The position numbers and the translations under genes were made by a program. From Hydrolagus colliei (Eukaryota): 64,000 bases of DNA. This document shows positions 1 to 11,975 of the stretch, piece after piece; position 1 is the stretch's first letter; each line of letters starts with the position of its first letter. The notes below the pieces were generated by a model. It made no database searches and was not told the DNA's origin. It saw only the letters and a list, made by a program, of their open reading frames with translations. Location: positions 6,262,001 to 6,326,000 of the forward strand of contig CM068748.1 of assembly GCA_035084275.1 (NCBI GenBank), in the 5' to 3' direction.

Positions 1-79
1 ATTTATATACTGTTGAAACAAGATTTAAAAAAAAAAATAATTCTATTATTGTTCTAGAATACAAAAGGACAGTACTGTA

Positions 80-660
80 TATAGATTCTAGTCATTTACA
101 CATGCTAAATTTAAAAAGCAACAAAGTCTATTCCACAGGAGAAGCTATTATCAAAATGATGTACAGTTAGAAGATATAGTTTTTTTGGTGTGTTTTTACC
201 TTAAAGAATGCAATTAGATGTGTTGCAATTGGTCCTTCAGCATCCCCAAATGCAGAAAGGATTCAGGTCTAATGTACTCATCAGCTTTAATACCATTCAC
301 TTTCACTGCAAGCTGCAGCTTAGGACACAGTCTGTTCCAGATAAAAACATTATCACCAACCAGTTCATTATCAATTAATCATTTCCATGATTGTAATGGC
401 GATGCAGGATGAAAAAAAAGCTAATAAAGTAGAAGTCAACTAGGATACGTCTCGTTCTAGGTTCAGTGCAGCTTACATTTTTGCTCTTCTGGCTTCTGAG
501 GCTTGTCATTTCACGAATAGCAAAGCTTACAACACCCTCCTGGCCGAGGAACCACAAGCTCAGCTTCACATTATGCACTGGGAGGAGTTTTGTCAGGTGA
601 CAACACAGTTTCAAGTACAGTGCTGGTGTTAGTGTGAGAGAACCTTCTGGGAGATGTAGT
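80..660 (-). mobile_element. Heavily decayed Penelope-like RT fossil (tentative)
   Basis: Minus-strand frames give motifs in Penelope RT order: LPEGSL; NVKLSLW..QEGV..AIR (cf. DVxSLYTxIPHEEG); RILVDFYF..FF (cf. ILxxNYFxF); DNVFIW (cf. DDIFxIW); SFLHLGMLKDQ (cf. SFLD...KDG); SPVE*TL...C (cf. IPYGQxL...C). Needs frameshifts and a deletion. Confidence 0.35.
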
Positions 661-1204
661 TATTTTGTATTGCACTTCTTGCTCGTTGACATTTATACTG
701 TAATATCTTTCCAATCATTTTGCACACTTCTCATTCGTTATTTCTGCCTATTTAAATAATTTGACGTTTCTTTATAAAAAATGTACAATTATTCATTGTA
801 ATAATGCTATTGTTGGTGTACTGTAGTTGTTGCATAAAACCCAAATATAGTATAGGTACGTTGCCAGGTTTGACATTTCTTAACAAAAATATAGATGTGG
901 TAAAGTTGGGCAGAATATTTTAAATTAGCACAATTAGCAAATTATCCAGGTTTAGGATGAAACCTACCTCTCAAACATGAAATTAAAAGCTTTACAGAAA
1001 ATGGCAGAAAGGGGTCATTTAATTTAAGAACTTGTTATTATGGCTATTAAGGAGAAACTTGCTGTGCTTTGCCGCTGAGAAGGAACATCAAAAATGCCTA
1101 TTCAATTCCCTGTCATCGCTAAAGTAGGTAAGTTTAATAAAAGTGGAAATTGTAAAATATCATCAGAGCATTGATAAGCGAATAATTTAGAAACATGAAA
1201 GAAT

Positions 1205-1420
1205 GCATGTAGTGGTCATTTGAAAAGAGACAGGAGTTTCTCCTGGTATGCTGACCAACAATCCTCCAAATAAAACTCATGGCTATTTGTGAGACAATGC
1301 TGTGTGAAAATTAGTTGCTGCGTTCACCCACAAAGTACAGTCATTCACTTTACAGTATATCTTGGGAAACTATTTGGGGCTTGCTGCTGACATGAAAGGC
1401 ACTATACTAAATATAGCATC
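1205..1420 (+). mobile_element. Old Deu-domain SINE, 3' half
   Basis: gaaaagagacaggagtttctcctggtatgctgaccaac...gctgtgtgaaaattagttgctgcg...gaaaggcactata matches the Deu core and L2-type tail seen in the fuller copies here. Confidence 0.7.
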
Positions 1421-1424
1421 TTAG

Positions 1425-1775
1425 AATTGTCGAGACTTCTCAAAGTGCTTCAACCAATTTGCACACAGCAATGACCCCATCTACCTGAACAGACAGACGA
1501 GACTTTAATAAAAACAGAGAGAGCTGGGAAAGCTTAGCAGGTCAGGCAGCATCTATGGAGAAAGGAAAATGAGTCAACATTTTGGGTCCATGACCCTTCA
1601 TCAGAATTCAACAGATGAGACTTTGGGTCCTCCAACGCTACCTCTGACATTGCTGCACACTTGCAGCTCTGCACTGGAGTGTCAGCCTAGGTTATATGAG
1701 AACATAGTCCTCAAATTGGCCCTATACCCACAACTTGCTAACCTGAGGGCGACAATGCTACCAACCGAGCCAGGC
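1425..1775 (-). mobile_element. Old DeuSINE (SacSINE1/AmnSINE2-like), internally deleted and split by a hammerhead mini-element
   Basis: Reverse complement gives a tRNA head ggctcggttggtagcattgtcgcc, then ctaggctgacactccagtgcag (Deu 5' part); it resumes after 1507-1610 with gtctgttcaggtagat...attgctgtgtgcaaattgg. Confidence 0.7.
1507..1610 (-). mobile_element. ~104-bp hammerhead-ribozyme mini-retroelement (Penelope-derived), copy 1
   Basis: Sense reads TGAATT CTGATGA A GGGTC ATG GACCC AAAA TGTT GACTC...gatgctgcctgacctgct...ctgtttttatt. Flanked by a 14-bp TSD acagaYgagacttt (1493-1506, 1611-1624). Confidence 0.85.
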
Positions 1776-1789
1776 ATTACATTTAAAAC

Positions 1790-1920
1790 ATCCACCCTTT
1801 TGTTCGTACCACCTTCCTTTGTGTTCCACCACCTCCCTTGCTCGGGTCCCAATCTGCTGTGTGAAGCAGTTTGTAATACCTCTCAATACGAAAGGCACTA
1901 TATAAATGTAAATTGTAAGT
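1790..1920 (+). mobile_element. L2-type 3' end fragment
   Basis: Pyrimidine-rich stretch followed by gtgaagcagtttg...gaaaggcactatataaatgtaa tail. Confidence 0.5.
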
Positions 1921-3474
1921 CATGCAGTTTCTTCTGTGCCTCCGTCCATTTCTTTGAATGGTGCAAAAATAGCTACTCCTGTTTGACGCATCACTCAACA
2001 ATTGCAACATTACATATAAGGTTTGGGGACTCGTTTTCCTATCAAATATATAAAAAATATATGATGGAGCTGCTCCATTATTATGCCCCACAAATCAGAC
2101 CTGGTAAATTTGCTGTTTCATCTTTTTTCCCCACTTTAGAATCTGCACTCCATGACTTTTTGAATTTTATAGTACTCAAGTGGCTTGTTAGCTGGTTTAG
2201 AAGTGGGCAGTATCCATTATCACAGGTGCATCATTATTGTCATCTGTACTTTTATTAACAAATTTTCACTGAAGAATTTCGGAATACTATGCCACCATAC
2301 ATTTTATATTTTAAATAATTAGTACACAAGTTTTCTCATTTAAAAAAGTAATGTCAGCAAGTTTATTTTAAAAACAGTTAACTTGAAATGAAATATTTTT
2401 ATAGTACACACATATTAATCAGCGTACCTCTTGAATAATTATTCATACTAACAAGCTAACCTTACTAATAAGTTATTTTAAGAGCTCAAAACAATTGTAC
2501 TTTTCTTTTATCTACTTCTAATCACACCAGTTGATTTATTTTCTCGCTACTGTAGTATTTGTCAAATGCAAGAATGATTATTATTACGATTACTTTACTG
2601 TAAGAGTGTGGGGGACATAGCTCAGAATTCTATTGAAACCTGAAATATGTGGTCCAAATTTAGTTTAGTTGTGCTTACTCTGAATCTCCGCTGTACACCT
2701 GTGTACTTTCTGTACAGTACCTGCTCTAACCCCTGTTCAATAGGCTTCATCTAGGTCCTTTGTGTGCCATTAGTTACAAGAGGCTCCTCCAGGTGGCTCA
2801 GTTTAATGGGAATAAAAATCAACACCATTTACATGCTCAACATTAGAACCATTACCATAGCCTTAATTGCATTCTGTAGTGACATTCATAACTTTACATA
2901 GTATATCAGGATAACTTCACAAGCAAGCAGGTAGGTAAGTTTTTTTTGTCTTTAGCCCAATTTACAACTGAATTGCATCAGCACTCAGTGGTATAGATTT
3001 TTCACTATAACATGCTTCACAGTACAATGGGTATATTCTATGTTCAGTTTGTTATAAACTGCCCAACTCAAAGCACACATTCTCACCTCATTTTTAAATC
3101 ACATAATTCTACTTAATCTTCTTAAATATTTTTGTTGGAAAAAAGTACAGAGAAAACAATAATCTGCAGCCCCCCACTGCCCCCCACACATATAGAAAAT
3201 TGAACAAAAAATACATGAAGGATTTGACTAAGCCACACGGCTTGGAAAAACAGATAATCACCAATAATACAATATGACATTCCGAGACCATCCTGCAGAC
3301 TTGCCAGACATGGGGTCCCATCGCACACAAAATGCTTTCAGTTACAGAATATACTGTCATTTCCCCAGAGAGCATGTCGCATGGATTATTCTTCTGCACT
3401 GTTTAAAAGGCCCTTCAAGGCACAACTGACAAGTGGCAGGTTATCAAGAAATGACTATGCAATAGAGTCATACA

Positions 3475-3900
3475 ACAACAACAATTTGCATTGATGTAGC
3501 ACCCGCCATGCCATTCGGCGTCTCAGAGCGCTTCACAATAGCGGAGCCTGGGGCCGAGCCAGGGGGAGGGGGAAGGTTACCATACACATGGTTGAACAGA
3601 AAGGTCTTCAGGCGCGACCTGAAAATGGAAAAGGAGGGGATGAGATGAAGGGATTGAGGGAGGGAGTTCCAGAGTTTCAGGGCATAATGTCTGAAGGCAT
3701 TGCCGCCAATGGTGGAGAGCTGGATTCGGGTGAAAAGGTGGAGGCCAGACCCAGTAGAGCAGCGGTAATGGGTACTGCTGTGAAGAGAGAGGAGGTTAGA
3801 GAAGTAGTGGGGTGCAGAGGAGTGGAGGGATTTAAACACAAGAGTGAGGATCTTGAAGTCGGTCTGCTGTATGACAGCATAAAACAATCTGACCAACAGG
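3475..3900 (-). mobile_element. 5'-truncated L2 LINE (ORF2 C-terminus, 3' UTR, TTG tail)
   Basis: ORF 3468-3959 contains DFKILTLVFKSLH..AP, GGNAF...LWNSLP and FRSRLKTFLF; tail gaagcgctctgagacg...atgcaaattgttgttgttg. Confidence 0.9.
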
Positions 3901-4034
3901 AGTGATGTAGCTGTAAAAATGAATTTCCACACAGAGAATGGAAAGTATGTGATATCCAAAGCTGTGATTCTCCGAGTTGTTTTTGGTTTGTTGACGAGTT
4001 AACATAGGAGTTAACCAAAACAACCACTATTGGA

Positions 4035-4137
4035 ACAAAAACAGAAAACGCTGAGAACACTCAGCAGATCAGGCAGCATCTATAGAGAAAGGAAAGTGAG
4101 TCAACGCTTTGGGTCCACGATGCTTCATCAGAACTCA
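4035..4137 (-). mobile_element. ~103-bp hammerhead-ribozyme mini-retroelement, copy 2
   Basis: Sense reads TGAGTT CTGATGA A GCATC GTG GACCC AAAG CGTT GACTC. Same ends as copy 1. Perfect TSD accactattgga (4023-4034, 4138-4149; 14 bp if the adjacent ca is counted). Confidence 0.85.
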
Positions 4138-4290
4138 ACCACTATTGGATGCCACTAAATAAAAATAGCTGATGGATAAAATACTATCTATGGAGAAAGT
4201 AAATTCAGTCAATGTTTTGGGTCCAGGAGCCTTCATCAGAATTCAACCACTTTTGGATACCACCGCATAAAAATAGCTTATGGCTAAAAT
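4079..4290. repeat. Diverged ~108-bp tandem duplication covering the hammerhead half of copy 2 plus its flank
   Basis: tctatRgagaaag...catcagaaYtcaaccactWttggatRccac...aaaaatagct.atgg.taaaat occurs twice. Confidence 0.75.
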
Positions 4291-4307
4291 ATTATGCAAG
4301 GTCATAC

Positions 4308-5045
4308 TTCACTCAGCTGATAGCACTTTTTCCTCTGAGTCAGATCGTTATGGATTCATGCACCCACTTCAGAACTTTGAGCTCAAAGTCTAGGTTGATT
4401 CCAGTGCAATGCTGAGGAAGTTCTGTGTTGTTCTGTCCTTCAGTTGAGACATTAAACTGAGGTCGCTCTGCCTGTTCAGCTGAATGTTAAAGAACCCATG
4501 ACAATAATAATAATCCTTGTATTTGATATAGCGCTTTTCACATCTTCTAGATGTCTCAAAGCGCTTCACAGAATATACTGTAAAGTGAATTGACTGAATA
4601 TATGTGGGTAAAACGTGGCAGCCAATTGTGCACAGCAGTGTCCCACAAACAATCATAGATTGAAATAACCAATTTATTATTGTTTTTGAGTGATTATTAT
4701 TATGCGTGTGGAGTAAGGAAACTTGCCCATTGTTTCGCCCTGTCTGGAATTGAACCCAGGTCTCTCATTTGTAAGGCAAATGCCTCTAACTAAGCTACAT
4801 GACTCCACTCCATGATACCATTCAAAAAGAGAAGGGAGTTTTGCCTCGTATCATGGACAACAATCTTCCAAATAATAGTTAGCAAATTCCTTTCAGGGCT
4901 GTTTGGATGACATTGCTGAGCATAAATGGGTTGCGTGTTGACCTGCAAATATACAATCATTACACATTGCAGAAAATGAATCTTGTGAGCACTTTGAGAT
5001 GTATTGACAATTTGATAAGGCATTACATCAAATGCAAAGATAATA
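4308..5045 (+). mobile_element. Old full-length DeuSINE interrupted by a younger SINE
   Basis: Head ctcagctgatagcactttttcctctgagtcaga; Deu core ccagtgcaatgctgagg...gagacattaaactgaggtc...aaagaacccatg; resumes at 4810 with ccatgataccattcaaaaagagaagggagtt...atcaaatgcaaag. Confidence 0.8.
4504..4808 (-). mobile_element. Younger tRNA-head SINE (head + ttgggcaagtttccttactccacac + Deu 3' part + TTA tail)
   Basis: Full-length, with A- and B-box-like head; TSD ccatgaca (4496-4503) / ccatgata (4810-4817). Confidence 0.9.
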
Positions 5046-6009
5046 CTACATTTGTACTAATTATGTGAGATATCATTTTATCGGAAATATTATATATTAA
5101 TTCCACTTTAGCTTCTTTTGAGATCTGAATAAATACAAGTACTGTACTTAGATGCAAAGGGTTTCAGATACAAGCCTATTTATTGGAGGGAATAAATTCA
5201 CACATTCAATATCAGCAGCTGTCCCCAAATTTGTATTTAATGTGGTCCCATAAACACATAGAAGGCAGTTAATGAATGTACTTTAGAAGTATGTGGGAAA
5301 ATATTAATGGAAATAAAATATAAAGATTTAGTAACATCACAAAACAGTTCAACTTATTTTCTTAACACATAGAACATCACATAAATATCAATTAAAATTA
5401 ATTAGAACGCACATTTTCTAAACATCTTTTCTAAGATGAAATAGGTGGTTTGTAGTTTCAACTGGATCTGCATCTCTCACCAGTGATACAAGAAACAACA
5501 AAATTACATTTACAGCATAGAGCACCTTTCACGTTGGGATGGTGTGTCTTTATCAGTATGAAATCTTTATCGTACTTTATTGCTGATTATGTAACAACAT
5601 TTTGTTTGCAATACATTTGAAAACTTGTAGCATATCACAATGACAAATTGAAATGAATAAAAACAAACTTTCAAGCGGTCTCAGGAGCACATTATCATTC
5701 CTATTACATTTGAGGTGTTTCATTGGTTATAAAAATATATCAAATGTTATCTGCATGTTTTCTCTGACTCAACCTCCAATAAGGGTTAATCAGTCAGTTG
5801 ATCCAGATAAACATGTCCGCGAAAGAAAATACAGTATTAGGTATAAATTCCAAAGGCTGTATTCAGCCAGTCTAATTACTTCAGAATAATTTGCCAGCTA
5901 AGAATATCTAAGTAAAGGGTCTACTTCAGAAGCAGCTACAAATGTCAATACACATGGTATTTACATGCCAGACAAAACATCTTGCTTCTTACTTTTTTTC
6001 ATTTGTAAA

Positions 6010-6630
6010 ACAGTGGGCATGATTCATTTTAACTAAATGAAAAGGTTTTTGAATGCAGTCATCAGTGATTTATTTGAACAGAAATAGTGATTTCTGTGTG
6101 ATGGTTGTGGAATCTGAAACACTTGAATCCTTGCAAAATGCGCTTTACAATCTACAAATAGGAGCGATGTAATTGGTCATTTATCATGGCTAGATTCATG
6201 CAACATTCCCCAAATTAAATGCAATTAGATTTAATTTGGATTCTTCAACAGTCTAAATGTGTTAGACCGAATGCCTGTGAATTTAATTGATAAGTAATGG
6301 ACTTCTATGAGGCAGAACAAATGGAATAAGTTGGCAACTCGGCAACCATTATGGAATACTTGTCTTTATTAGCGTAGGAACTTTGAATTCAGTGAATATG
6401 AAACATATACTTCTTGAATGTTTTGTATATTAGATGGTATAATAATAAATCACTGATAGAACTCTTTCAAATAAATTAAGAGTTGAAAGTGAAAATGGAT
6501 ATACTGTAATATAATATCCAGGTGCCAGATGTAAGAAGCTAAAAAGGGAAGATCATATGGTTAGTATTCTGCAAGCAAGAGCTCAAATGGATTGAAAGGC
6601 CTTCTTCATCCAAATCTCCTGTGTGATCTT
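6010..6630 (+). mobile_element. Heavily decayed CR1 RT and 3' end
   Basis: tatggaatacttgtctttattagcgtagga resembles tatgggatactaggctttataaatagggg of the young CR1; ends with gagctcaaatggattgaaaggccttc, like the CR1 3' UTR. Confidence 0.5.
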
Positions 6631-6741
6631 AGTTCAATTAACAAGTTTTCTTTAGAAAACTAAACGTACACCACAGCCACGAATGGGACCCATCCTCCAA
6701 TACATGATATATTGTGTACATAGTTCAATTTGGGTTCTAAT

Positions 6742-7073
6742 ATAATTATAATAATCTTTGCATTTGATATAGTGTTTTATATTGCCTTTACAAATAAATA
6801 AAAAGAAGAATCCTTGCATTTGAACACGGCTTTTCACAGAATATACTGTACTGTAAAGTGAATTGTCTGTTTATTTGTGAGCGATACACTGCAGTCAATT
6901 GCGCACAGCAGTGTCTCACAAACCGTTGTGGATTGAAGTGACCAATTTATTTTCTTGAGGGTTTATTATTAGTAGTGTGGAGTAAGGAAACTTGCCCAAG
7001 ATTTCGTCCTGTCATGAATCGAACGTAGGATCTCTTGCTTGCGAGGTGAGTACTCTACCAACTGAGCTACAGA
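6742..7073 (-). mobile_element. Younger tRNA-head SINE, full length, with an extra tail copy
   Basis: Head tgtagctcagttggtagagtactcac...gttcgattc; linker gggcaagtttccttactccacac; TTA tail. Confidence 0.9.
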
Positions 7074-7429
7074 ATTAAAAATGTAATGTTGAGTGTGTAT
7101 ATTAAGCACTATGGTTAGAAATCATTAGATATTAGACCCTAATGTGCTTACAAGAACTTTATTCCTCATCGATTGATAATTTCACAAAACAGAATGTATA
7201 CATTTAAATAACAGAAGAATTTTCCCACTAATTCGGATACAGTTCTAATTTATCTAATTGATTAGATTACTAAAAAAAATGTTTTTTCATATAAGAGGAA
7301 TGAATACATATAATAGACTGGGGCAAAATTTTCATATAACTTGTTTTTCATGCATCAGTCACATGTAGATGGCATCACTGTACATCAAGCTCAGTAGAAT
7401 AATACAGTTCTCAGTATTGTACAATTATC

Positions 7430-7830
7430 TAAGGTTGATGAGAAATAGCTGAAATATTTAAGCCATTGATGTTGCAAAACCTGATGCAATCTGACACAAA
7501 CAACAGAAAGAAAAGGTGCAAGTATCTCTTCAGCACCATTATAAATGTCAGATATTCAGGAATGAGTCATCTTTTCATCTGCACAGATACCAGAGTTGAC
7601 AGAACTGTGGAATGTATAGAAACCCTAAATCTATCAAGAAATTCTCCACTGGCACTAATGGTGTTCACAGCACCATAGATAATGCAACCAGAGTTATACT
7701 TCCAAGAGGAAAGAATACAATTAGATATTTCTGATTTACACCTTGGTATTATTACAAATATGGTTGCCCTTTTCCTCCTCACTGATATAGAAATAAAAAG
7801 CAAGTTACACTTCCACAAACTGAAAAGAAC
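7430..7830 (-). mobile_element. Decayed Penelope-like RT fossil
   Basis: Ordered motifs across shifting frames: LFISIS-EEE (cf. LYTSIPHEEG); NCIL..WKY (cf. NYFLFxGKY); MGAV...FLDRF (cf. AMG...FMGKF); LWYLCR*KDDSFLNI* (cf. LWxRYIDDIFLIW); GAEEILAPFL (cf. GxEExLxxFL). Confidence 0.45.
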
Positions 7831-7899
7831 ATTGGAACCAAAACATAATAATCACCCTTGCTTTGTTTTGTTATTGTGCCTGATCACATTGTTAACGTG

Positions 7900-8165
7900 T
7901 CTCAAAGTGAGTCTTTTTGTGCGTCACTCATCGGCAGAACTGGCAAGGCCAGACCACTCACTGGGGGCAGCGACTCATTGCATTCAGCTCCCGATAACCC
8001 TGCAAGCCAAAGCCCAAACTTGTAGTGTGATCCGAGCTGGACAAGCACTGCTCTCAATGGCATGCTGTGTCCCTTGAAGGTAGAGAGTGCGCATTCCAAC
8101 AAATATCACTGGAATTTCCATGTGAATGGAACTCATGTGAAAGGCACTATATAAATGTAATTTTG
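7900..8165 (+). other. Unclassified GC- and CpG-richer segment ending in an L2-type tail
   Basis: GC-richer than its flanks with several CpGs; ends gtgaaaggcactatataaatgtaa. Confidence 0.3.
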
Positions 8166-9474
8166 CCTTTGTGTGTTTGGTTACTCTTAAGCATGGTGAT
8201 GGATTCTAAATGCAAATACCTTTGAAAAAGTAATTAACTTTAATGTTATTTGTGCTTATGATGCAATAAGGTGATAAACAGACTGACTCCTAAGAGGTTG
8301 CCTAACCAACAAGAGAAGATAATGTCTAATAATTTCCTGTTAGAGTGATAAGAACCTTCTGTTATGCTGTCAGAATATATTTGTCTCTGTAAACCAAATG
8401 ATAAGATGTTGCCAGAGTATAGTGCTTCCAGTTCGGATAAAAATAATATACATTATCTTTGTTATATGATTGGAAAAAAAGTTTCTGTGTATTGGGACAT
8501 GAAATCTGGTTGAAGATTTGAACAATAAAAATCCTAAACACACCACAATTCCCAACATGTACAGAACAGCCTCTAACCAAAGGACAGCAGTGGAGGATTT
8601 TACTAATAATTTCATGTTGCTATGGCAACAGTTATCTGCCAAAAACCCAAATCATAGACAGATTAAAATACAGATTAAAAAGTAAGGTTGTTGATCAAGT
8701 GATAAATGGAGCCTGTCCAACAAAATTCTTATATAAAGAATATATTGCAGCAATCATAATTTTACTGACTTATTGTTTGTGCTTTTCAACCTTTTTTCAC
8801 ACTTTGTTAGCTTTCACATCCACACAATTAGCCCTTTTCAAAACATGGCAAATTGGACAGCTTTAGATGTTCACATCTGAAAGTCACAATTAGCACATTG
8901 AATCTGGATAATGAACAGCAAAAATTGGTCCCCATTCTGTCCTTTAATTGAACTCTGCAATGTGTTCATGAATGTCTTGACCTTCTGGGTTCTTAAACAA
9001 ACTTCTGCTTGATATTGCATTTTAACCAGCCCTTGCATTTCCCATTAAAACAGCGGTGTTCATCCTGAATCTCATGGGCCAATGTTAAATATTGGGATCA
9101 CTTCTAAACAAAGCCCAGATTATCCTTTTACATTCGCAGATATTTCAGATTTGTGACAGAGACTGAAATAACAATGACTCAGTCAGCAGTTTTAGTTATG
9201 GCAGTGTCTGACCTTACAGTATTTAAATTCGTATAGTCTTTTTTTGGGGTTGGCATCCTCCAATCCTTTACTGCCATATCATGATTTTACAAAAAAAAAG
9301 CTGTATGTGTAATTCATATTATCTTCCTTTCTGTAAATAAAACCTGCACTGTTTTTGAAGGTTTGAAAAGTGCTCTCAACTTTGCACTTGAGTAACTTGA
9401 AAAGGGCAAGATGATTTGGATAGGATGAAAATAACAAGTCATCAACTAAAGCAAGCAGCAACTCTGAATGGTTC

Positions 9475-9565
9475 AACAACAACAACTTGCATTTATATAG
9501 CACCTTTCATGCCGAGAGGACATTCAAGAAACGTAAAAATTCTTGCATTTGATATAGCGCTTTAT
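9475..9565 (-). mobile_element. Two adjacent L2/SINE 3' tail remnants
   Basis: caacaacaacttgcatttatatagcacctttca and ttcttgcatttgatatagcgc. Confidence 0.6.
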
Positions 9566-10659
9566 TTGCTCTCGTCTCCCTTTTACATTTAACTGGCAAC
9601 TGTAACTATGTGGGAAGAATATCTAAGTGGGTGTTCCTGCAGGAGAAAGACTTCCCTACAGATATCATCAACCAATGCTTACATTTGTTGGATTTTGTAG
9701 TTTAAAGAAATCACTGGTGGAAATTCAATATTCACCAGCTCTTAGACCGGAGATGTCAGACATCCATAAGTCCACTTACCGAATGTCTGTGGACAATTCT
9801 GGCAATAGATAGAAAACTGATGTTATTCCCTGGTGGAGTCTTTGCTAAGAATGGAATTTAGTAAACTGGAGCAACACATAAGAGATTTAGACTGATGCTT
9901 TGTATCCTTATATACCACAATGCTTTAAATCTTTAATGGAGTGAAGTTTGCTGTTCAGAATTCCCCCAGTTAAACTGCGTAATTTACTTATTACTAGATG
10001 TTAAAAGACACTAGGAAGTCTTAAATTCCCTGAGGCCAAAATTAAGAGAAACATAAGAAGGATGAAGTAATGGAATCATCACAACTTTAAAGTGAACCTA
10101 AAAGGGAGAAAAGAGGTATCACTGAGGCTGGGAATTTGCAAAGATTCAATCATGCATAACAGGTGGATTCACATGTTTAAAGTTTACCTGATGGAGGAGC
10201 AGTTAACGATTTAAACTTTTGATGGATAGTTAATATATAATATTATTCTGTTATTTGTGATGATGAAGTGAGAACTATGTAGAATATTATATAAATTTGA
10301 CTGACTAAATTTTCCTAAATCTAACGATTATGCACATATTAATCTTGAACCAATCTGGCTCTGACATTTTTATTTTTCAAACTAACCCATAGAAAAGCAA
10401 TAGAACTAGTTCTTGGAACAAAGGGGTACAAATTGTGACTGGTGATTGTTAATTAAAATTAACATGAGTGAACACTGATGTTAATTGAAACATAGATGAA
10501 CAATACACCCTGTCAGAGTTCCAGTGAGCATAGTGTAATTTAATTTACTGGAAGGAATCCCCACTCAGATTGCTTATTAAGAAATTGTGTTTGAAACTGC
10601 CAATATTAGACCCATACTGGAGAATTTGATTACAATTTAGGACTATAGACAAATAGGAA

Positions 10660-11095
10660 TAAGTGGAGGCCATTCCGCCTTCTATGAAGCACTTTGAGAT
10701 GTCCTTCCAATGCATAATGCTATTATCTAATTAAAGTAGTATCCAAAAGTACTTCACAGAAATTACCATAGAGTGTAGAAACTGTATTTTGTGGGCGAAC
10801 ATGACAACAATGTTCTGCAATCAGCTGAGAAGTGAATGACCAATTTTATCTGGGGGTTGTTGTCCAAATCCCTGGAGTATAATCCAATCTACCCAGTCTA
10901 TCATCATAGCTAATACATCCTTCGTAAGACCCTTCAAAACAGAATGATTATGAAGATTGGGTTCCCAAAACTATACACAGTATTCCAAATGTGGTTTGAC
11001 CAGTGTGTAAATAGAGTATTTGTCTAAAGCCAATTTGCTTTTGTATTCTTGATTATATTATAAAACCTAGCAACCGATTTGCCTTTTAAAATTGA
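10660..11095 (-). mobile_element. Old CR1 3' fragment with a SINE body inside it
   Basis: 10961-11010 reverse complement reads TLVKPHLEYCV*FW (CR1 TLVRPxLEYCVQFW); ggaggccattc at ~10666 is the reversed CR1 3' end. Confidence 0.6.
10680..10860 (-). mobile_element. Decayed Deu-3'/L2-tail SINE remnants
   Basis: ccaaaagtacttcacag...tttgtgggcgaacatgacaac...gaatgaccaattt (minus body), preceded by a short plus-strand tail piece gaagcactttgagatgtcc. Confidence 0.55.
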
Positions 11096-11127
11096 GTCGT
11101 CCACCCACAAAGATACAGTCAATTTAC

Positions 11128-11205
11128 TTTAGAGTATATTCTCTGAAGCGCTTTGAGACGTCTAGAAGACGTGAAAAGCACTATATTAAATGCAAGGATT
11201 ATCAT
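11128..11205 (+). mobile_element. SINE 3' tail
   Basis: gtatattctctgaagcgctttgagacgtctagaagacgtgaaaagcactatattaaatgcaaggattat. Confidence 0.8.
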
Positions 11206-11439
11206 TAAACTTGCCTGCTGATGCAACATTAAATTCCCCATTAAAAAAAACAGGCAATTTTGACCTTTGTTAGCTTGATGTTTAGAGCAATAGGACAGGT
11301 GATATACCATATCATACCATACCAAGGTGATATATCATAATGTTACCTGTCCACCCACATACAGAAGTTCAATTATGATGATCAGCTTTATTTTGTTTTT
11401 ATAAAAAAACTATTATTATTATTAAGTGGAGAGAATTTG

Positions 11440-11810
11440 ATTCAACGGATGATTATTACCCAGAGAATAGAAATTCCCCATTTGATTTTGTGGAAAGAAG
11501 ACTTGATACAGCCATTGCTTGATTTTTCTTCAAATAAGCAATTAAGATCCATTTCGCTTTCCAAGTTATTCTTACATTTTGTTAAATGCTGATACATTTG
11601 CAAAAAGAAACTCATCATAAACACTTCGGGAAGCAAACTGATATGACTGGAGACTTAAAGTTGGATTTAGAGCAATCATCAGCAAAATAGAAATATATCT
11701 TGTAGATTCCACCTGAGATCAAGTGATGATGAGTGAGTTGCCTGAACAGAAAAAGATAATATGCGTTATCCACTGGATTGCACCGAATGGCAGTATTCAC
11801 TTAGGAGAAT
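11440..11810 (+). mobile_element. Decayed Penelope-like post-RT linker fossil (tentative)
   Basis: YYPENRNSPFDFVERRL (cf. YHPxxxKNSIPFSQFLRLRR); RAIISKIEIYLVDST*DQV (cf. IIxKHWHILxSDPTLxEV); IAPNG (cf. RAPNL). Confidence 0.33.
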
Positions 11811-11850
11811 TGTTGGCAAAATGTTGAGGATAAGTGAAGGATCCCGTTAC

Positions 11851-11905
11851 CCTGTTTTAACATTAAAGGTGAAATGATTTTGCTCGCCGAGGTTGCCTCT
11901 GTCAT
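11851..11905 (-). CDS. Candidate first coding exon MTEATSASKNHFTFNVKT (phase 1), host gene unidentified
   Basis: ATG at 11905 with G at -3; open to donor CAG|GTAACG. No matching protein recalled. Confidence 0.25.
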
Positions 11906-11975
11906 TCCCCTTCCACACCCCCCCACCACCCCCCACGCCCCACCCAATTCTTTGCTCTTAGAAGTTTATATCTCA
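11906..11975 (-). promoter_or_regulatory. Candidate TATA box and G-rich/GC-box segment
   Basis: TATAAA (11970-11965), followed by gggtggggcgtggggggtggtgggg before the ATG. Confidence 0.25.

Noticed and set aside
1569-2258. 229-aa ORF
   Set aside because: Reads through a hammerhead element, an antisense DeuSINE and an L2 tail; no protein-like continuity.
7567-7782. Strong-looking minus-strand acceptor (ctttttatttctatatcag) opening a 72-codon frame in phase with the 11851 donor
   Set aside because: The product resembles no known protein, and the segment is better explained as a Penelope RT fossil.
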